Below are positions 39,093-51,954 of a stretch of 64,000 nt of DNA, in pieces (the stretch's first letter is position 1; each line of letters opens with the position of its first letter). The notes under the pieces are model-generated. The model did no database searches. It had not been told where the DNA came from and saw nothing but the letters and a program-made list of their open reading frames with translations. Origin of the DNA: Moniliella sp. 'wahieum' (lineage: Eukaryota); the NCBI GenBank assembly GCA_003971905.1, contig RSEE01000030.1:124001-188000 (forward strand), given 5' to 3'. The translations under genes were made by a program, and so were the position numbers.

Positions 39093-39679
39093 ATGGCTGG
39101 CAGCAACCTTCGGATCCAAAAGCGCCTTGCGGCCAGCGTGCTGGGCGTCGGCAAGCGCAAGGTCTGGCTCGACCCGGCCGAGCAGAGCGAAATTGCGAAC
39201 GCCAACAGCCGTGCCAACATCCGCAAGCTTGTTGCCGAGGGCCAGATCCTCAAGCAGCCCGATGTCGGCCAGTCCAAGGGCCGTGCCCGTGCTCTGCACG
39301 CTGCCAAGCGTCTTGGTCGCCACACTGGCCACGGTAAGCGCTTCGGTACCGCCGAGGCTCGCATGCCCACCAAGATCCTTTGGATGCGGCGTCAGCGTGT
39401 CCTCCGCCTGCTGCGCAAGTACCGTGAGGCTGGCAAGATTGACAAGCACCTCTACCACGAGCTCTACCTCAAGAGCAAGGGTAACGTTTTCAAGAACAAG
39501 CGTGTGCTGATTGAGCACATCCACAAGGCCAAGGCCGAGAAGGCCCGTTCCAAGCACCTGGCGGACCAGATGGAGGCCCGTCGTGCCCGCAACAAGGCTA
39601 TGCGCGAGCGGAGGGCGCAGCGCATTGCCGAGAAGCGTGCCGCGGTCATTGCTGTCGAGCAAGAGGAAACCAGAACTAG
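39093..39679 (+). CDS. RPL19: 60S ribosomal protein L19 (eL19)
   Basis: [41 protein letters not shown] and [30 protein letters not shown]. The true stop is probably TAG 39677-39679 after an indel. Confidence 0.96.
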
Positions 39680-40073
39680 ATCTTTTCATCCAACTTTGGT
39701 GTCGCTTTCCGCTGGGTACGACAGCTTTGGTGGCCAAGCCGATTGTCGAGATTTACTCTCTCCTCTCGTCCTCGTCCGTTGTGCTACTGTGCCTGGCGGC
39801 TCTAGACGCTGTTATGCCTCATGCCTACCTTTCTCGGGAGGATGCGCGGCTTATATGGATCACTCCATGCATATCCCGTTTCCCTCAAAAAGCCTGGGTT
39901 TCTCTCTGGGAGGAAGCCAGGGTGGAATGCCATCACTCCAGCACCCATGTCACTTTGTTTGCCCAGGTAGCATCTGTGTTTTTAGCTGTAACATGTAACA
40001 CGACAGGCGAGTTGTGCGTATGAAGCTTGAGCAGGGTCGTAGTAATTACCGGAGAAGATGCACCCACCGCAGC

Positions 40074-41116
40074 CTAGTAATCCCGTTTTGTGCTGGTGCC
40101 GTCGGTCCAATCAATCTCAAAGTCTTGAAGGACAGACTTGTGCACCTCCTGCCTAGCCTGAGCCAGTCGCTCTTGTGCCAACTTGACTGGGTCCGACATG
40201 GCCAGTTCCGCCTCAACAGCTGCTTGGCGCCGCTGTGCACGAAGATTGGCACGGGCTGCTAACTCGGGATCCAAGTTGGCCTTGAGCTCGTCCGAGAGAC
40301 CAACAACATGCTCCGTAGGCTGTGAAGGCGCCGCATACGATGGTGGCGGGGCAGGTGATGTGCGTGGGGGAGCATGTCCACCCTTGACGGGCGAGCCAGC
40401 GGCGCTGGCCACTCCGATAGCTGCAGTGTTACTTGCCCCAACCTTGACCACCTCGGGGCTACCCCGCTATCGGGGACACCTTCTGCGGTCACTTCCGATG
40501 TTGGCACCGCTGCAACAATGCGACGTCGGCCACGCTTAGGAGCGTCTGTCGCGGCAGGAGCAGGGCGGGGGTGGTAGGAACCGAGTTTCTGGGCTTGCTC
40601 AGCTTCGATTGCAGCGGCATGGGCAGCATCACGCGCCTCGGTCTCGGCTTGCAATTCCATGGCACGTTTGAGTTCCAATACGCGTGCATTGTGCCGCGTA
40701 ATGCGGATCCGCTCCACGTCTTTTCTAAGTTCCTGGTAAGGATGTAGAAAGGAGAGAAGACAAAAGTCAGCCAAACGACGGCGGTTGAAATGGTTACGAT
40801 CCACGTACCTCGAGTGTCGGGGCATCCTTGCGTGTGTGGCGCAGCCATAATACCCATTGACGGGGATCAACTTTTCATCGCGCATCGCATGGTCGTGGTA
40901 CGTGCCAGCCCGGTTGTACTCCACAAACCGGCGGGTGGCCCAGGAGCGCGAGTCGCCTAGTTGGCCCGGCAGCTCGTAGTACCTATTGTTGGCCAGGTCC
41001 GAGCCCATGAACCGCGCACCACGAGCTTCCTTGGCCAGTGCACCGCCGCGTGCAAAGGTCGACAATCCGAGGAGTCTCCGAAGGTGGCCGATGAGGCCCA
41101 GCTTCGGCTGCGACAT
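40074..41116 (-). CDS. NDUFA12/NDUFAF2 (mimitin)-family complex I assembly factor
   Basis: FMGSDLANNRYYE...RRFVEY, W..WLRHT...P, intron, then ELRKDVERI....NAR.LE. Confidence 0.7.
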
Positions 41117-41417
41117 GGCGTCGCCGTCAACGGGATGGGTGTGGCGAAACGGCGCTGTGGGCTGCAAGAAGGCGGCAGCACGAGGCTGGTGGCTCTGGGT
41201 ATCTGATCGGCGACGACGTACGCAGCATTTGCACCGAGGTTTGCAACAATGCAATTGAGGCGCGTGCACCCAATTCGCGTCGCGCACGCGTGCCCGCCTC
41301 GGCGTGTCGGATCGTGTCCTCTGGTTGGGGTTGCGGCACTCGCTAGAAAAAGGGGTTGACGGGTCCGGGCACACCTTCCTCTTCTTCACCAACCGCCCGT
41401 ACTAGTGCCTATTCGCA

Positions 41418-42098
41418 ATGCCCGCTCTTGCCACCATTTCCTCGCCATCCAAGCCCGCCGATGCGAGTTCGGAACCGCCCCAGAAGGTGACGCGGGTGGC
41501 GGAGCCGCTGGGCACGCTGCAGGTCCAGCTTGACCCGGCTCACCCGAACGCCAAGCTGCCAACGCGAGGCAGTGCTCTGGCTGCTGGTCTCGACCTCTAT
41601 GCTTCGGACAAGACGGTCATTGCTCCCTGGTCCCGTGCCGTGGTGCCAACAGGCATCCGCATTGCCATTCCGGCCGGCTGCTACGGCCGTGTCGCACCGC
41701 GTTCGGGCCTGGCCGTCAAGCATGGCATCGACACTGGTGCCGGGGTGATCGATTCCGACTACCGCGGTCTGGTGGGCGTCGTGCTTTTCAACCTGAGTCC
41801 CGACGCGTTTGAGAGTACGTATCCTGCCACCACTCCCTGTTGTGCGCATCAAGCGGCCTACTAACATCGCATCGCACTCATCGCCAGTCAATGTCGGTGA
41901 CCGGATCGCCCAATGGTTTGGAGCGGATCCACTTGGCAGAGGTGACGCAGGTTGAGGTAAGTCTCCCTGATGCAAAACACACATACGAGAACTGACTTTT
42001 CTTTCTTTCTTTTCTTTCTTTCTGCGCACGTTTAGTCTCTACGAGACGGTTCGGGCGCTGGCGGGTTTGGTTCGACAGGTGGCTTCAACGGCAAGTAA
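41418..42098 (+). CDS. DUT1: dUTP pyrophosphatase; two introns
   Basis: [52 protein letters not shown] and GAGGFGSTG. Confidence 0.95.
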
Positions 42099-42214
42099 GA
42101 GCCTTCTTGGTCGATTCTTCTTGAACAATAATGGTACCTCGCTAATTCTACATAGCTGCTGATGTTGAGGATGCATTTGAATTGGGGACTGGGCCGTGGA
42201 AGGAAAGAACATGC

Positions 42215-43799
42215 TTAGGCGGGGGGATAAAAGCCAGCATAGAGAACGATGCTGATCAGGTTCCATACTACCAGGTAGCCCACCACCGCCTTGCTCATCC
42301 ACATCGTGTCGTTGCGCCCACCCTGGGTCAGCATTGTTGCTAAGGACCACCACAGGGCAACCATGACGGGCGAGGCGAAGCGAAGGGCAATTTGGACATG
42401 AGCATCAAGCAACAGAAGCCAGCCGGTGACCCAGCAGACAGAAGAAGGAACGGTAAGACTGCAGGGCTAGCCAGCGAACAATGGGACTGCGGTAGGTTGG
42501 GACCGGCGTGACACCTAATACCGACAGGGGGGCCAGTAAGGTCGATCGAAACATGGACACGGCGCTGCTTCCCGTGGGCGCCGACGACCACCATAGTCGC
42601 ACGGATTTGTAGATGAGAATGTAGAGCACCGGAGCAGCGAGGATGAAATTGGGAACTTGGGCCAGCGTCCAGTAGCGCATAAAGCCCACTTCCCAGTAGG
42701 TTCGTTGATGTACGAGTAGATACTTTTGGAAGCGAGGTGGGGAAGCCATTCGAACCATCCCACCTCACTTAAAGGACGACCGCACCACATACCTTGTCGA
42801 TCGGGACCGCAAAATCGTCCAAAAGCCCAGACTTGGGACATAATGAAGGGTGTTACGCATATCCCGCACCGACAAGTCCAGCAGAATCAGGATAAAGTAT
42901 AGCTGAGGACGGTGGGAAGGGGTATGAAGTGTGGGCCACCATATGCTGTACCATAGGAAAAACCCGGAAGAAAGGATGCCATTGGCACGGAACAAAGTCG
43001 CCAATGCAAAACAGGGGCGCTAATGAGCAAGATAAGAGCATACCTCAGCGCACGAACGGGTGTGCTAGGGACAAATGCAGGCAAATGCAAGTGGCTCAGG
43101 CCCCAGAGCCCAGCCAAGGTGAAGAAGGCGAAGAAGGGCTCCGGTGTGGGCGAGATGAAGTTGCTGGCGAAGGGGACCAGATCGACAAGAGTGCGGTGAG
43201 CAAGGCAAAGCGAGGACGATTCCAAACGTTGTTGGTTATCCTATCCAATAAAGGGCCCAAGTCAGTTGCGCTCTGCCCAAAAACAGGGAGTTGGACATAC
43301 AAAAAAAGCAGCACAGGCGCTAGGGCGCCAGCCAAGGTGCGAGTGCAGTCGAGAGAACAAGCGACTGTTCGATCTGCCATGTATCTGCTCCGGGCGTACC
43401 CAAGCGTCCCGCCCAGCGTAGGACAGCAAATGCCGGCCTGGAATGCCAGGGTATGCTCGTACGCATACCCCCCTTCCCACCATGGCGGCAGCACCGCAGA
43501 GGGCGTCGGGATGGGCGCGGGCAGCAGCGCCGAGGAAATGAAGAGTGTCCCAGCGCACGAGGGAGGTAAGGAGCGGGCGTATAGAGCGTGCAAGGGGCTG
43601 CAGTAGTGTGCCGGCAGGACGCACCAACGAGGGCAGGAGGGTGAGCTGCTCGCCCGAGGTGTCAAAGGAAGCCTGGGCAGGCTGGCCGTGGGGAGGAGGG
43701 CGAGGGCAAAGAGGCGGTGGAGGAGGGCGGCGGCAAACACGGCGGCTGCGCCCGTGGCCGGGGCGAGTGGCTGTGGTGGCGGGGGGCGGTGCGCGCCAT
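42215..43799 (-). CDS. GPI18: GPI mannosyltransferase 2 (PIG-V)
   Basis: LVRWDTLHFL, GYAYEHTLAFQ, SPTPEPFFAFF, ATLFRANGIL, YWEVGFMRYWTLAQVPNFILAAP, HVQIALRFA and LYAGFYPPA*. Confidence 0.92.
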
Positions 43800-44173
43800 G
43801 GCGGGTGGGGAGGGGCCGCGGGGTTTTCGGCGTGGGCTGGGAGCGGTGCGTGGGCCGCCATCGATGGCAGCCGCCCGAGGGGGTGGGGGAGGCGTGCGGA
43901 GGCGTAGGCTGGACACGGCGGGTGCTGCGTTTCAAAGTTGAATGGCAGGCAACGGCCAGCCAGCGAATACGGGGTACTAGTTGCTGATGCACGTGCGCTT
44001 GCGCCACCGAGCGCCCGGAGCGCCCTGAGCGCTAAGCACCGCCGCGCCAGGACCTGCCAATAGCAGAAGAACCCCCCACCTGCCTAACAACCAGCCCCCA
44101 GTAACACCTCGGCCAGCCCAGCCCCACCCGCTCCCCTCCCCTCTCGTGCCCTCTGGCACACCCCTTGCACACC

Positions 44174-45999
44174 ATGCCCCCCGCCGCCCTCCCAGCGCCC
44201 CACAAGCATCCCCACACCGCCCGCCTCGTGTCCCTCGCCGGCGGCGCCCTCGTTGCGCTCAGCGCCGGCAGCAACTATGCCTTCTCCTCCTTTGCGCCCC
44301 AGCTGCAGGAGTCGCTCCACCTCACCTCGACCCAGATCAACCATTGGCCTCGCAGGCAACATGGGCGTCTATCTCTCTGGCCCCTCTGGGGCACCTGGGT
44401 CGACCAACATGGCCCACGCCTCGCTCTCTTGTGTGCCGCTACCCTCGTAGCCCTCGGCTACGGCGGCCTGTCTTTCTTTGCTCCCAATGGCCCACACCAG
44501 GACACGGGTCTGCTGCATTGCATGAACCCCCCAGCATGGCATCGCCCACCGTCCTTGCCCCCCTCTTCTTTTCCCTGGCGACTGGAGTGGCCAACTCTGG
44601 CGCCCTGGCCGCAAGCATGAATGCCCAGGCCAAGTCATGGGGCGGCAACCGTCGGGGAACAGCTACCGGATTGTCTGGCTGGATTTGGACTGAGTGCGGC
44701 CTTCTACTCCACCTTAAGCTCCACCTTCTTTGCGGACAATCCACGCAACTATCTCCGATCTATTGCCGTCATCTCCTTCTTCGCCTTTTTATCGCAGGCA
44801 CATTTGTTATTCGCATTCTACCCCCCGCCCATCACCATGCACACCACCATGCCCACTCAGCTCAAGCGCATCACGGCTCGCAAGCAGACGAACAGGCCGC
44901 AGTCCTTCCTACTCGTGTGCGTACCTTATCGTCCGCCCAATCGCGCTCTCGTTCCCGGTCTCTGTCGAGGCCGTATGGACGCCGTCGTACCACGTCAGAA
45001 GTCAGCGCGTTGCCCTGGTCTGGTATCTCGGCTGCGGCCGGTGCTGTTCTTCGTCCGATTCAGGCCGGAGGATGCGACTACACTCGCGGCCGATGTGGAG
45101 GCGTGGGGGGCTACGGCGCGGTTGGCGACGGAACTCGCGACCGCACTCATTCCGTTGGCCAGCTGGTCCACAGCCTTCCCGAGGGAGAGCCACTGCCCGA
45201 TCCACATGACTTGAACATCACTGGCTGGAAGCTGCTGAGTGACTATGACTTTTGGCTGCTGTTTACCCTTATGGCCATCGTTTCGGCGCAGGGCTGCTGT
45301 TGATCAACAATGTCGGGACCATCACTCGCACTCTCTATCGCTCGGGCTGAAGCACCCAAAATCACTCTTGGACGAGACCGAATGGGCTGTGCCCCTCGCC
45401 AGGACGCGGTGGCTGTTATGACTGGTGCATAGTCCCGCTGAAGGGGGCAAGAAAAAGCGAGCTGAACGGGCGGCCGAAGTGCACCGGTTGCAAGCTCAGC
45501 AAGTCAGTGCCATCTCGCTTGGCAATGCAGTTGGGCGTATTGCAATTGGTGTTCTGGCGATTTGGCTGTCAGCTTGGTGAATGGACAAGAAGAAATTCGG
45601 GTCTGGCTCCTGGTGCCTGTTTGCGCCATGGCAGTGGCCTCGCAAATGTTTGCAGCTACCCAGGAGCAGTCGGTACCGTTCCTGCACTCTTGATTCTGAG
45701 TAGCTCCACTGGGATCATGTACGGCACTCTGTTTGGAATTTGCCCCTCTCTCAATCTGGAATTCTTTGGCTTGGCCAACTTCAGTGCCAATTGGGGCATC
45801 CTCTCCCTTGCTCCCGTCGTGGCCGGTAATACGTTTAACCTCATCTTTGGTTATGTATGATTCTCACGTGCTCCAAACCCGGGCCCATGAGTGTCTGCAG
45901 GGGGAGGAATGCTACCGTTCAACGTTTGTCATCACGGCCTATTGTGCTGTGGCTGCATGCGGCCTGGCTGCCGCCCTCGTTGGCGCCGAGGACGCTTGA
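44174..45999 (+). CDS. MFS transporter, Mch1/nodulin-like family
   Basis: VALSAGSNYAFSSFAPQL...L.L..TQIN.IGLAGNMGVYLSGP, RGTATG....GFGLSAAFYS, DFWLLF, INNVGTI and FFGLANFSANWGILSLAP..GN.FNL.FG. Confidence 0.85.
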
Positions 46000-46449
46000 C
46001 GTGGTTCTCGTGAACAGGAAGGCAAAATGATCCTGCTCGCTTGCGTTCCACTGCTGCCATCGCTTTTTTCCTCGATCTATTTCTCGTTAATCCCCCCTTT
46101 TCGCACAGCGTTTGGAATATTTGTATCTCCTTTGCACCTTTCTCTATTAGATCTCTTCAATGGTTCCCAGGCTAATCCTATGACCATCTACTCGTCTCTC
46201 TCACTCCCTGTCTTGCAGTGTCAATTGGTAGTAAAGCGTGGGGGCTTTGGTATGGACAATGGCAATATGGGGTCGAAACAATGTGGCCCCTTCATCTGTA
46301 TATCCTACTTACTAACATCCAATCACCCACAGCCATACGGCCTCCCGCACACCTCACATATAATGTCACAGTGGCATGGCATACCTACTTCTAGCGATCA
46401 GTGTGCTAAACGCTCTCGCATAGACGTGCGTTTAAACTAGAATACATCA

Positions 46450-48794
46450 TCACGGCACAAATGGGCCCGTTCGCGACCCGCAGGAGAGGATGAAAAATGA
46501 AGGGTTCGTATAGCCAATCAAATGTCGTAAAGGAGCCAAATGATTCAGTTTAATTGTTGGCGCACACTGAGGGAGAGAGAGATTTACTAGTATAGACTTC
46601 AGCATCTCTCGCGGACATAATTTCGGCGCAGGTGGGAGGGCTGGTAATATATACTAACGCTAGACACTGTACCGGAACTCAGGGTTGGACCGGTCGGTCA
46701 AGTTGAGGAACTCGTGATTCTTAGTTGGTGGCTTGTATGTGCCGTTGGCGATCGCTTCCTCCTTGGCCCGGTCGCGTTTGCGGTTCTCCCGGGCAAAGAG
46801 GAACCAGATCAGAGCAAAGTCCAGAGCACAGATGAAATAGATGATGGCCATGGCAATCTTGGCAGGCAAGTAACGGGGAGCCGTGTTATGTGTCAAAATC
46901 TGAGGTGAGATGATGTTCTGTGCAGGTGTGTGGAGATGCAAATTAAGATGTCAGATCAAAAGTTAGTCGATAATCGTTCTACAGAACAAAAGAGAAGCAC
47001 ACACGTACGCCGATGGTGTAGGCCACAGACTGAACGGCTGAAACCGTAATTTTCTTACTCGCCCCTCCAACGTTGGACGAGGCAAGTGACAAGAGGATGA
47101 TCCATCCCACAGCCATTGCACCCGTTAGGAAATATCCAATCAGTGCCGGCACCTTGTTCGGCCATCAGGACCGCCCCCACAAAGCCAGGGATGTGACCCA
47201 CAATGCCCCAGAAAATCCGCTTGTTTGTTCTTGACGCGAGCCAGCTGAGCACAATCGGACCACTATTTCGACCGCGCCGAGCGGTGTCACCAGAATCAAC
47301 GACTGGTTCGCTGTGTATCCGAAGCCCATGACAAGCACGGTGCCAAACGAGGTGGCGAAAGCGTTGGGAATACCAGCGGCCATCAGCCAAAAAAGCAGGC
47401 CCACGTGAATGGTTCCAGCAGCGCTTCGCGGCACTGAGCCCAGCAAAGTGCCGGGATCCAATTCCTTGTTCGTTGCCACGCAGGCGCTCAATGTGAATCG
47501 CCTTCTCCCGGTCGGTGAGGAACCAAGCATCGGCGGGCGAGTTGGGCACTAGCATGTAAAACATAGCCCCAAACAAGACTGCCATCATGCCAAACACGAT
47601 AAAGCAAATCTGCGCCACCGCGCAGGTTGCGTGCGGGTCCGATCCCACATGCGTCGCGATCCCATACGCAATCGCACCCCCCAAGATCTGGGCTAGACCA
47701 CAGCTAGCGAACCAAAGGCCAACACGGAGAGCTTGTTCACGGCGAGTGTACCATTGGCTGGTATACACCACCCATGCAGGCACGACCGTAGCTTCCGTGA
47801 GGCCAAGGAAGAATCGTGTGGCAAGCAAGCCACCATAGGACTTGACTCCCGCTTGTGCCGCCACAATCACACCCCAGATAATGACATTGATGGAGACGTA
47901 CGGCCGAAGCGGAAAGTATTGCAACAGACGGATGGTGGGGAACTCACCTACAGCTAGTCCAACAAAGAAGAGTGTGGCCACCGCGTTAAAGTGCTCTCCC
48001 ACCGCCAAACTGGGTATGGACTTTTTGATCCCCAGTGCAGCGGCGTACGAGATGGATGTCTTATCCAAGAACTGGGTAAAGTAGATGACCAGCAACATGG
48101 GAAGCACGTGTAAATCCACCTTGCGCACAAGCCGGCGCTTTTCTTCGGCCGTCACCTCCCCCACCTCACCGACGCGAGCGAGGACTTGGAGGGCGTCATC
48201 TGCATGAGAGTTGATAGCCTCTTCCGATTCCGTAGTGGCACGCGCGCCGGCGTCGTATTTCAAGTCATTAACCTCTTCGCCGTGGTTGTCAACCGAGCTG
48301 CGCCGCGATTCTGGCCCCCCGGCGGCTGCACCTTCAACGTCAATCTTCTCGTCCTTTCCTGAGGCAGGCGAAGCGACCATTCTTCTTGGGGAACGACGCG
48401 GCGGGAAGGGGGGATATGGTGGTTGGGGGAGATGTGGTATACAGGCAAGTATATATATTCACAGGACCTGTTCAAATGATGTGCCGATGCGACATGCGTG
48501 AATGTTCCATTGCCGTGCTGGGCAGAGAGGGATGCAGGGAGTGTAAGGAGTCGAGATGGCACAAAGCCGGGTAGGTGTCAGGGGGCAATTGAAAGAAGCC
48601 AAAAGATGATGGAAAGGAGACAAGCAAGGGATGCCATTGAACTCGTCAAATCCCGTCAACCCAAGCTTCAACCCCCCCCTAATCCGCCCACCGCGGGAAT
48701 CGGCCGCCCGAACGCAACCTGCTACTCCCCAACCCCCCCCGCCCGGTGATCCCGGTATTAACACAACCAAGGGAACGAATCGGCCTAATCCAAG
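46450..48794 (-). repeat. Source copy of the inverted duplication (partner 2866-4410)
   Basis: Promoter, 3' CDS, intron and 3' flank are all homologous to 2866-4410 in the opposite orientation. Confidence 0.85.
46660..48380 (-). CDS. Allantoate permease family MFS transporter (Dal5-like, ACS family); intron 46918-47007
   Basis: LVRKVDLHVLP....YFTQFLDKTSISYAA, RFFLGLTEA.V.P......QWYTRREQ.LRVGLW, PNSP..AWFLT..EK, APRY and DLTD-like NLTDRSNPEFRY. Confidence 0.92.
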
Positions 48795-49495
48795 ATGTAA
48801 GACACCGGAGGAACTCAAGTGGTTGGGTGATGAACCTCTGGTGATCAAGAGCAATGCAATCGCGATGGTGGTGGTTACGGTCTAAGCTTTAAGCTGTAAG
48901 TCTTTTGCCACACCTCGAGGAGACAGCGCGTCAAACACACGTGGAAGCTTCGGAGGTCAAACTGGTCAAATAAGCCGCAAAGTCTGACAAGGCCCCTTGA
49001 CCCATGTACGGGACCGCAGGTCCCAACACGAGATCCTCGATCGGCACCCTTCCATTCCCGGCAAGATGAGACGCCACTGCTTTATTGTGCCTCGCACGGC
49101 CCAGATGCTGGCTGGTCCGGTCTTGAGGGCTGCGATTCAGTACTCAATGGCGGTGGGAGGACTCACAGATGTTGACCCCAGCAGTGGACAAGCAGGCTAC
49201 TAGGCGTTTGTGGATACAACCTTGAATGGCATGCTGACGCACATTTTCGCGCGCTTGCTTCTCTTATCCTACCGTGCAATAAGGTATTGGCCGTGCATGT
49301 GTGCCATTTGAATCGCTCCTAGTCCCTAATGCAAGGAAGCATGTGCTGCGACCCCCTCCCCCGCAGCTGGTTACGCAACCGCGGCCGACGTGCCCTTCAG
49401 CCTGACAAAACATGATGCATGACGGACCTTCACGAATGACGAAGCGATGAAGGATGAAGCTAGCTTGAAGCTTGAAGTGGGGTCAAGATGCTAGC

Positions 49496-51565
49496 CTACC
49501 TGTCGAGATGCGACAATGAACCCGCCAGGCAACAGCCGTCCTGGTTTACCGACAAGCGCACCCACCCGGGTGCTAGAGTACAGGGCAAGAAAATACATTC
49601 CTCTTTCTCCAACGTGGATAACCAAAGACCGTTGGATCCATCATGCATCATGGAGACGTTTCGATAGCACTCGTTGGTGAGCGCGAACCGCTGAGGGTGC
49701 AAAGCAAGCACAGGGGGTGCTGGCCCGCCCTCGGCCTCGTCCGCCAGCGAATCCGAGGGAGCCCTGGGCGTCGTTGTCACCTGGCTGGAATAGTGGACCG
49801 GACGCACTTCGAACCCCTCGGAGCCACGGCGCATGCGCACATGGCCCACCTCCGGTGCTTCCATCACGCCATGTGCTGGCATGGGCGAGGACGCAGCCGC
49901 GGTTTCTTGACTGTGCCAGCTCGTTCCGTTGGCCCGGGCTGGTGCAGGCCCCGGGGTGATCGAGGCGGCAGGTTTGCGGTGACGGAGAGAAACTCCCCCT
50001 TGCGCAGGTAAGCAAGCGGGACATTTTCGTCCTCATTTTCTTCCTCCTCTTCCTCTTCCTCTTCATCGACATCGACATCGACATCGGTGGCATCGGACAA
50101 GAGGGCTGCTGCGGAGGAAATGGACGAAGCAGAGGAGCGCCTAGCTCCGCGTGAGCGCGAATTCTCCGCTTGAGCTTCCCGTGCCAAGTGTTCTTGACGA
50201 TACTGTCGTTCCATAACGCGTAAAGGATCACGAGGGGGCCAACGGTATTGCGCTAGAGGATCCGAAGCAGTGGGATAGGACCAGCCCGACAGGTTGGCCG
50301 CCGTGGCGGCAGTAGCTTGCGCTGGGTATGGGGCAAGACCGCCCGCAGCGCATGAGGGACATGGGTAGGGGGAGCTGGTGGTACAGGCATAGTAGCCGGG
50401 TAGGTGGTCAATGTAGGTGCGAACCAGAGCCAGGGACGAGAGCCCAGTGTGGCAAGCAAATTGGCAACCGTGCCCACAGAAAAGGGATACTGTGCCTCGG
50501 AGCTGGAGATGCGACCCCGGCGGGCCAAGGTGGCCGCACGACTGGTTTCGGAGGACTCGATGGATGTTTGGTTGGCCATGGTGAGGAAAAACATGTACAG
50601 TGAAAAGCCCCCGACGAGCAGCAGGATCAAGCAGGAAAAGACCATGTTGGTCAGTAGCACCCCCATCACGAACGACGTGGGGGCCCCGCGGCGAATACGC
50701 CACGCGTCGAGAGCGACTTGGGCCAATAGATAGAGATTAAATGACAGACACACATCCACCGCCAAGAGGAACCGCAGAAAGTCGCCATAATTGCGCGCGC
50801 CAATACAATTGCCCAGCCAAGGGCAGTGATGGTCCATTCGCGCAATGCACACCCCGCAGACACGGCAGTGTGGGCGCGCGGGGCTGGAACCAGCGGCAAC
50901 GAGTACACATCGTGCCCCCCCTGCTCGCAAAGGCGGTACAACTGCCGGCGCTGGGCCAGGGCAAGTGCCTCGGACGAAGGCGGGGTGGCTGAGCTGCTGG
51001 CGCTCGACGTGTCCGACTCTTCACCCCCTCCTCCTCATCCGCATCAAGTTGCGACACTTGGGACGTGCTCGCGAGGCCATTGAGAGCAGCGACAACGTCG
51101 GGGAAGGCGGTGACAGGCGGCGTCCATCCGCGCGCATCGATGCGCCCGGGATCACTGAAAACAGAGCTGAGGTAGCTCGCATACAGGGCACCAATGCCAA
51201 CGGTGAGGGGGCCAATGGAATGCGCCAGGGCGCGGCGGAAGGGTAGAGCCCCTCGAGATGGGCCGTGTAGAAGTAGTGGACCAGGAGCGCCTCGGCGCTG
51301 ATGCAGAGCGAGCTGATGAGCAGCAGCACGCCACCCACCCAGATGCGCTGCGTGAAGGTCAGGGGGGGACGCTGGCCGGGCACATGGCCGGGGCGGGTGG
51401 GCGGAGGATAGGTGCTGGCAAACGCAGCGGACGGGCCAGGAGACACTCGGCACCAGGCACATCGAGGCTGTCGTCCGACGGACTATCGGCGCTGGCGCCG
51501 TCGCTGCCCGAGCCCGAGGCGGAGGCGTCGGGGTGTGGAGTCAAGTGTGCGCCCCAGGCATCCAT
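49496..51565 (-). CDS. PFA4: DHHC palmitoyltransferase, Pfa4-like
   Basis: HCRVCGVCIARMDHHCPWLGNCIGARNY..FLRFL, NQTSIES.E, YP.SVG..ANL and the C-terminal RRGSEGFEVRP typical of basidiomycete Pfa4. Confidence 0.82.
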
Positions 51566-51954
51566 CGTGGGGTGGTGGGTTCTCCCGCCTGCGCTGGGCT
51601 GGAGCGCATGCGCGCCACCATGGAGCGCCTCGCTCGCACCGCACACGCGACGCTCGGGGGCTGCTGACGTGGTGGCTGAACATTTCAAGCGCCATGACGC
51701 CAGCGGTGTGCGTACTCGGTGAGGAGAGCGGGCATTGCAATGCATAAGGGCCGTGCGCTTATTGGCGTTGGGCTGGGGCTTGCCTTGGCTAACACTGACC
51801 GGTTGTCGCTTCCCGTTGACCCGGCTCGGCGATGAGTTGAGGCTCCCAGCAACGCCCCACCCAGCGTACCCCGGCTTATGTCCGGCGGGGGCCAGCCCAA
51901 CCAGAAGCCCACCCGCCGACTGCAGTCATCCCTACCACCATCTCTCCATTCACC

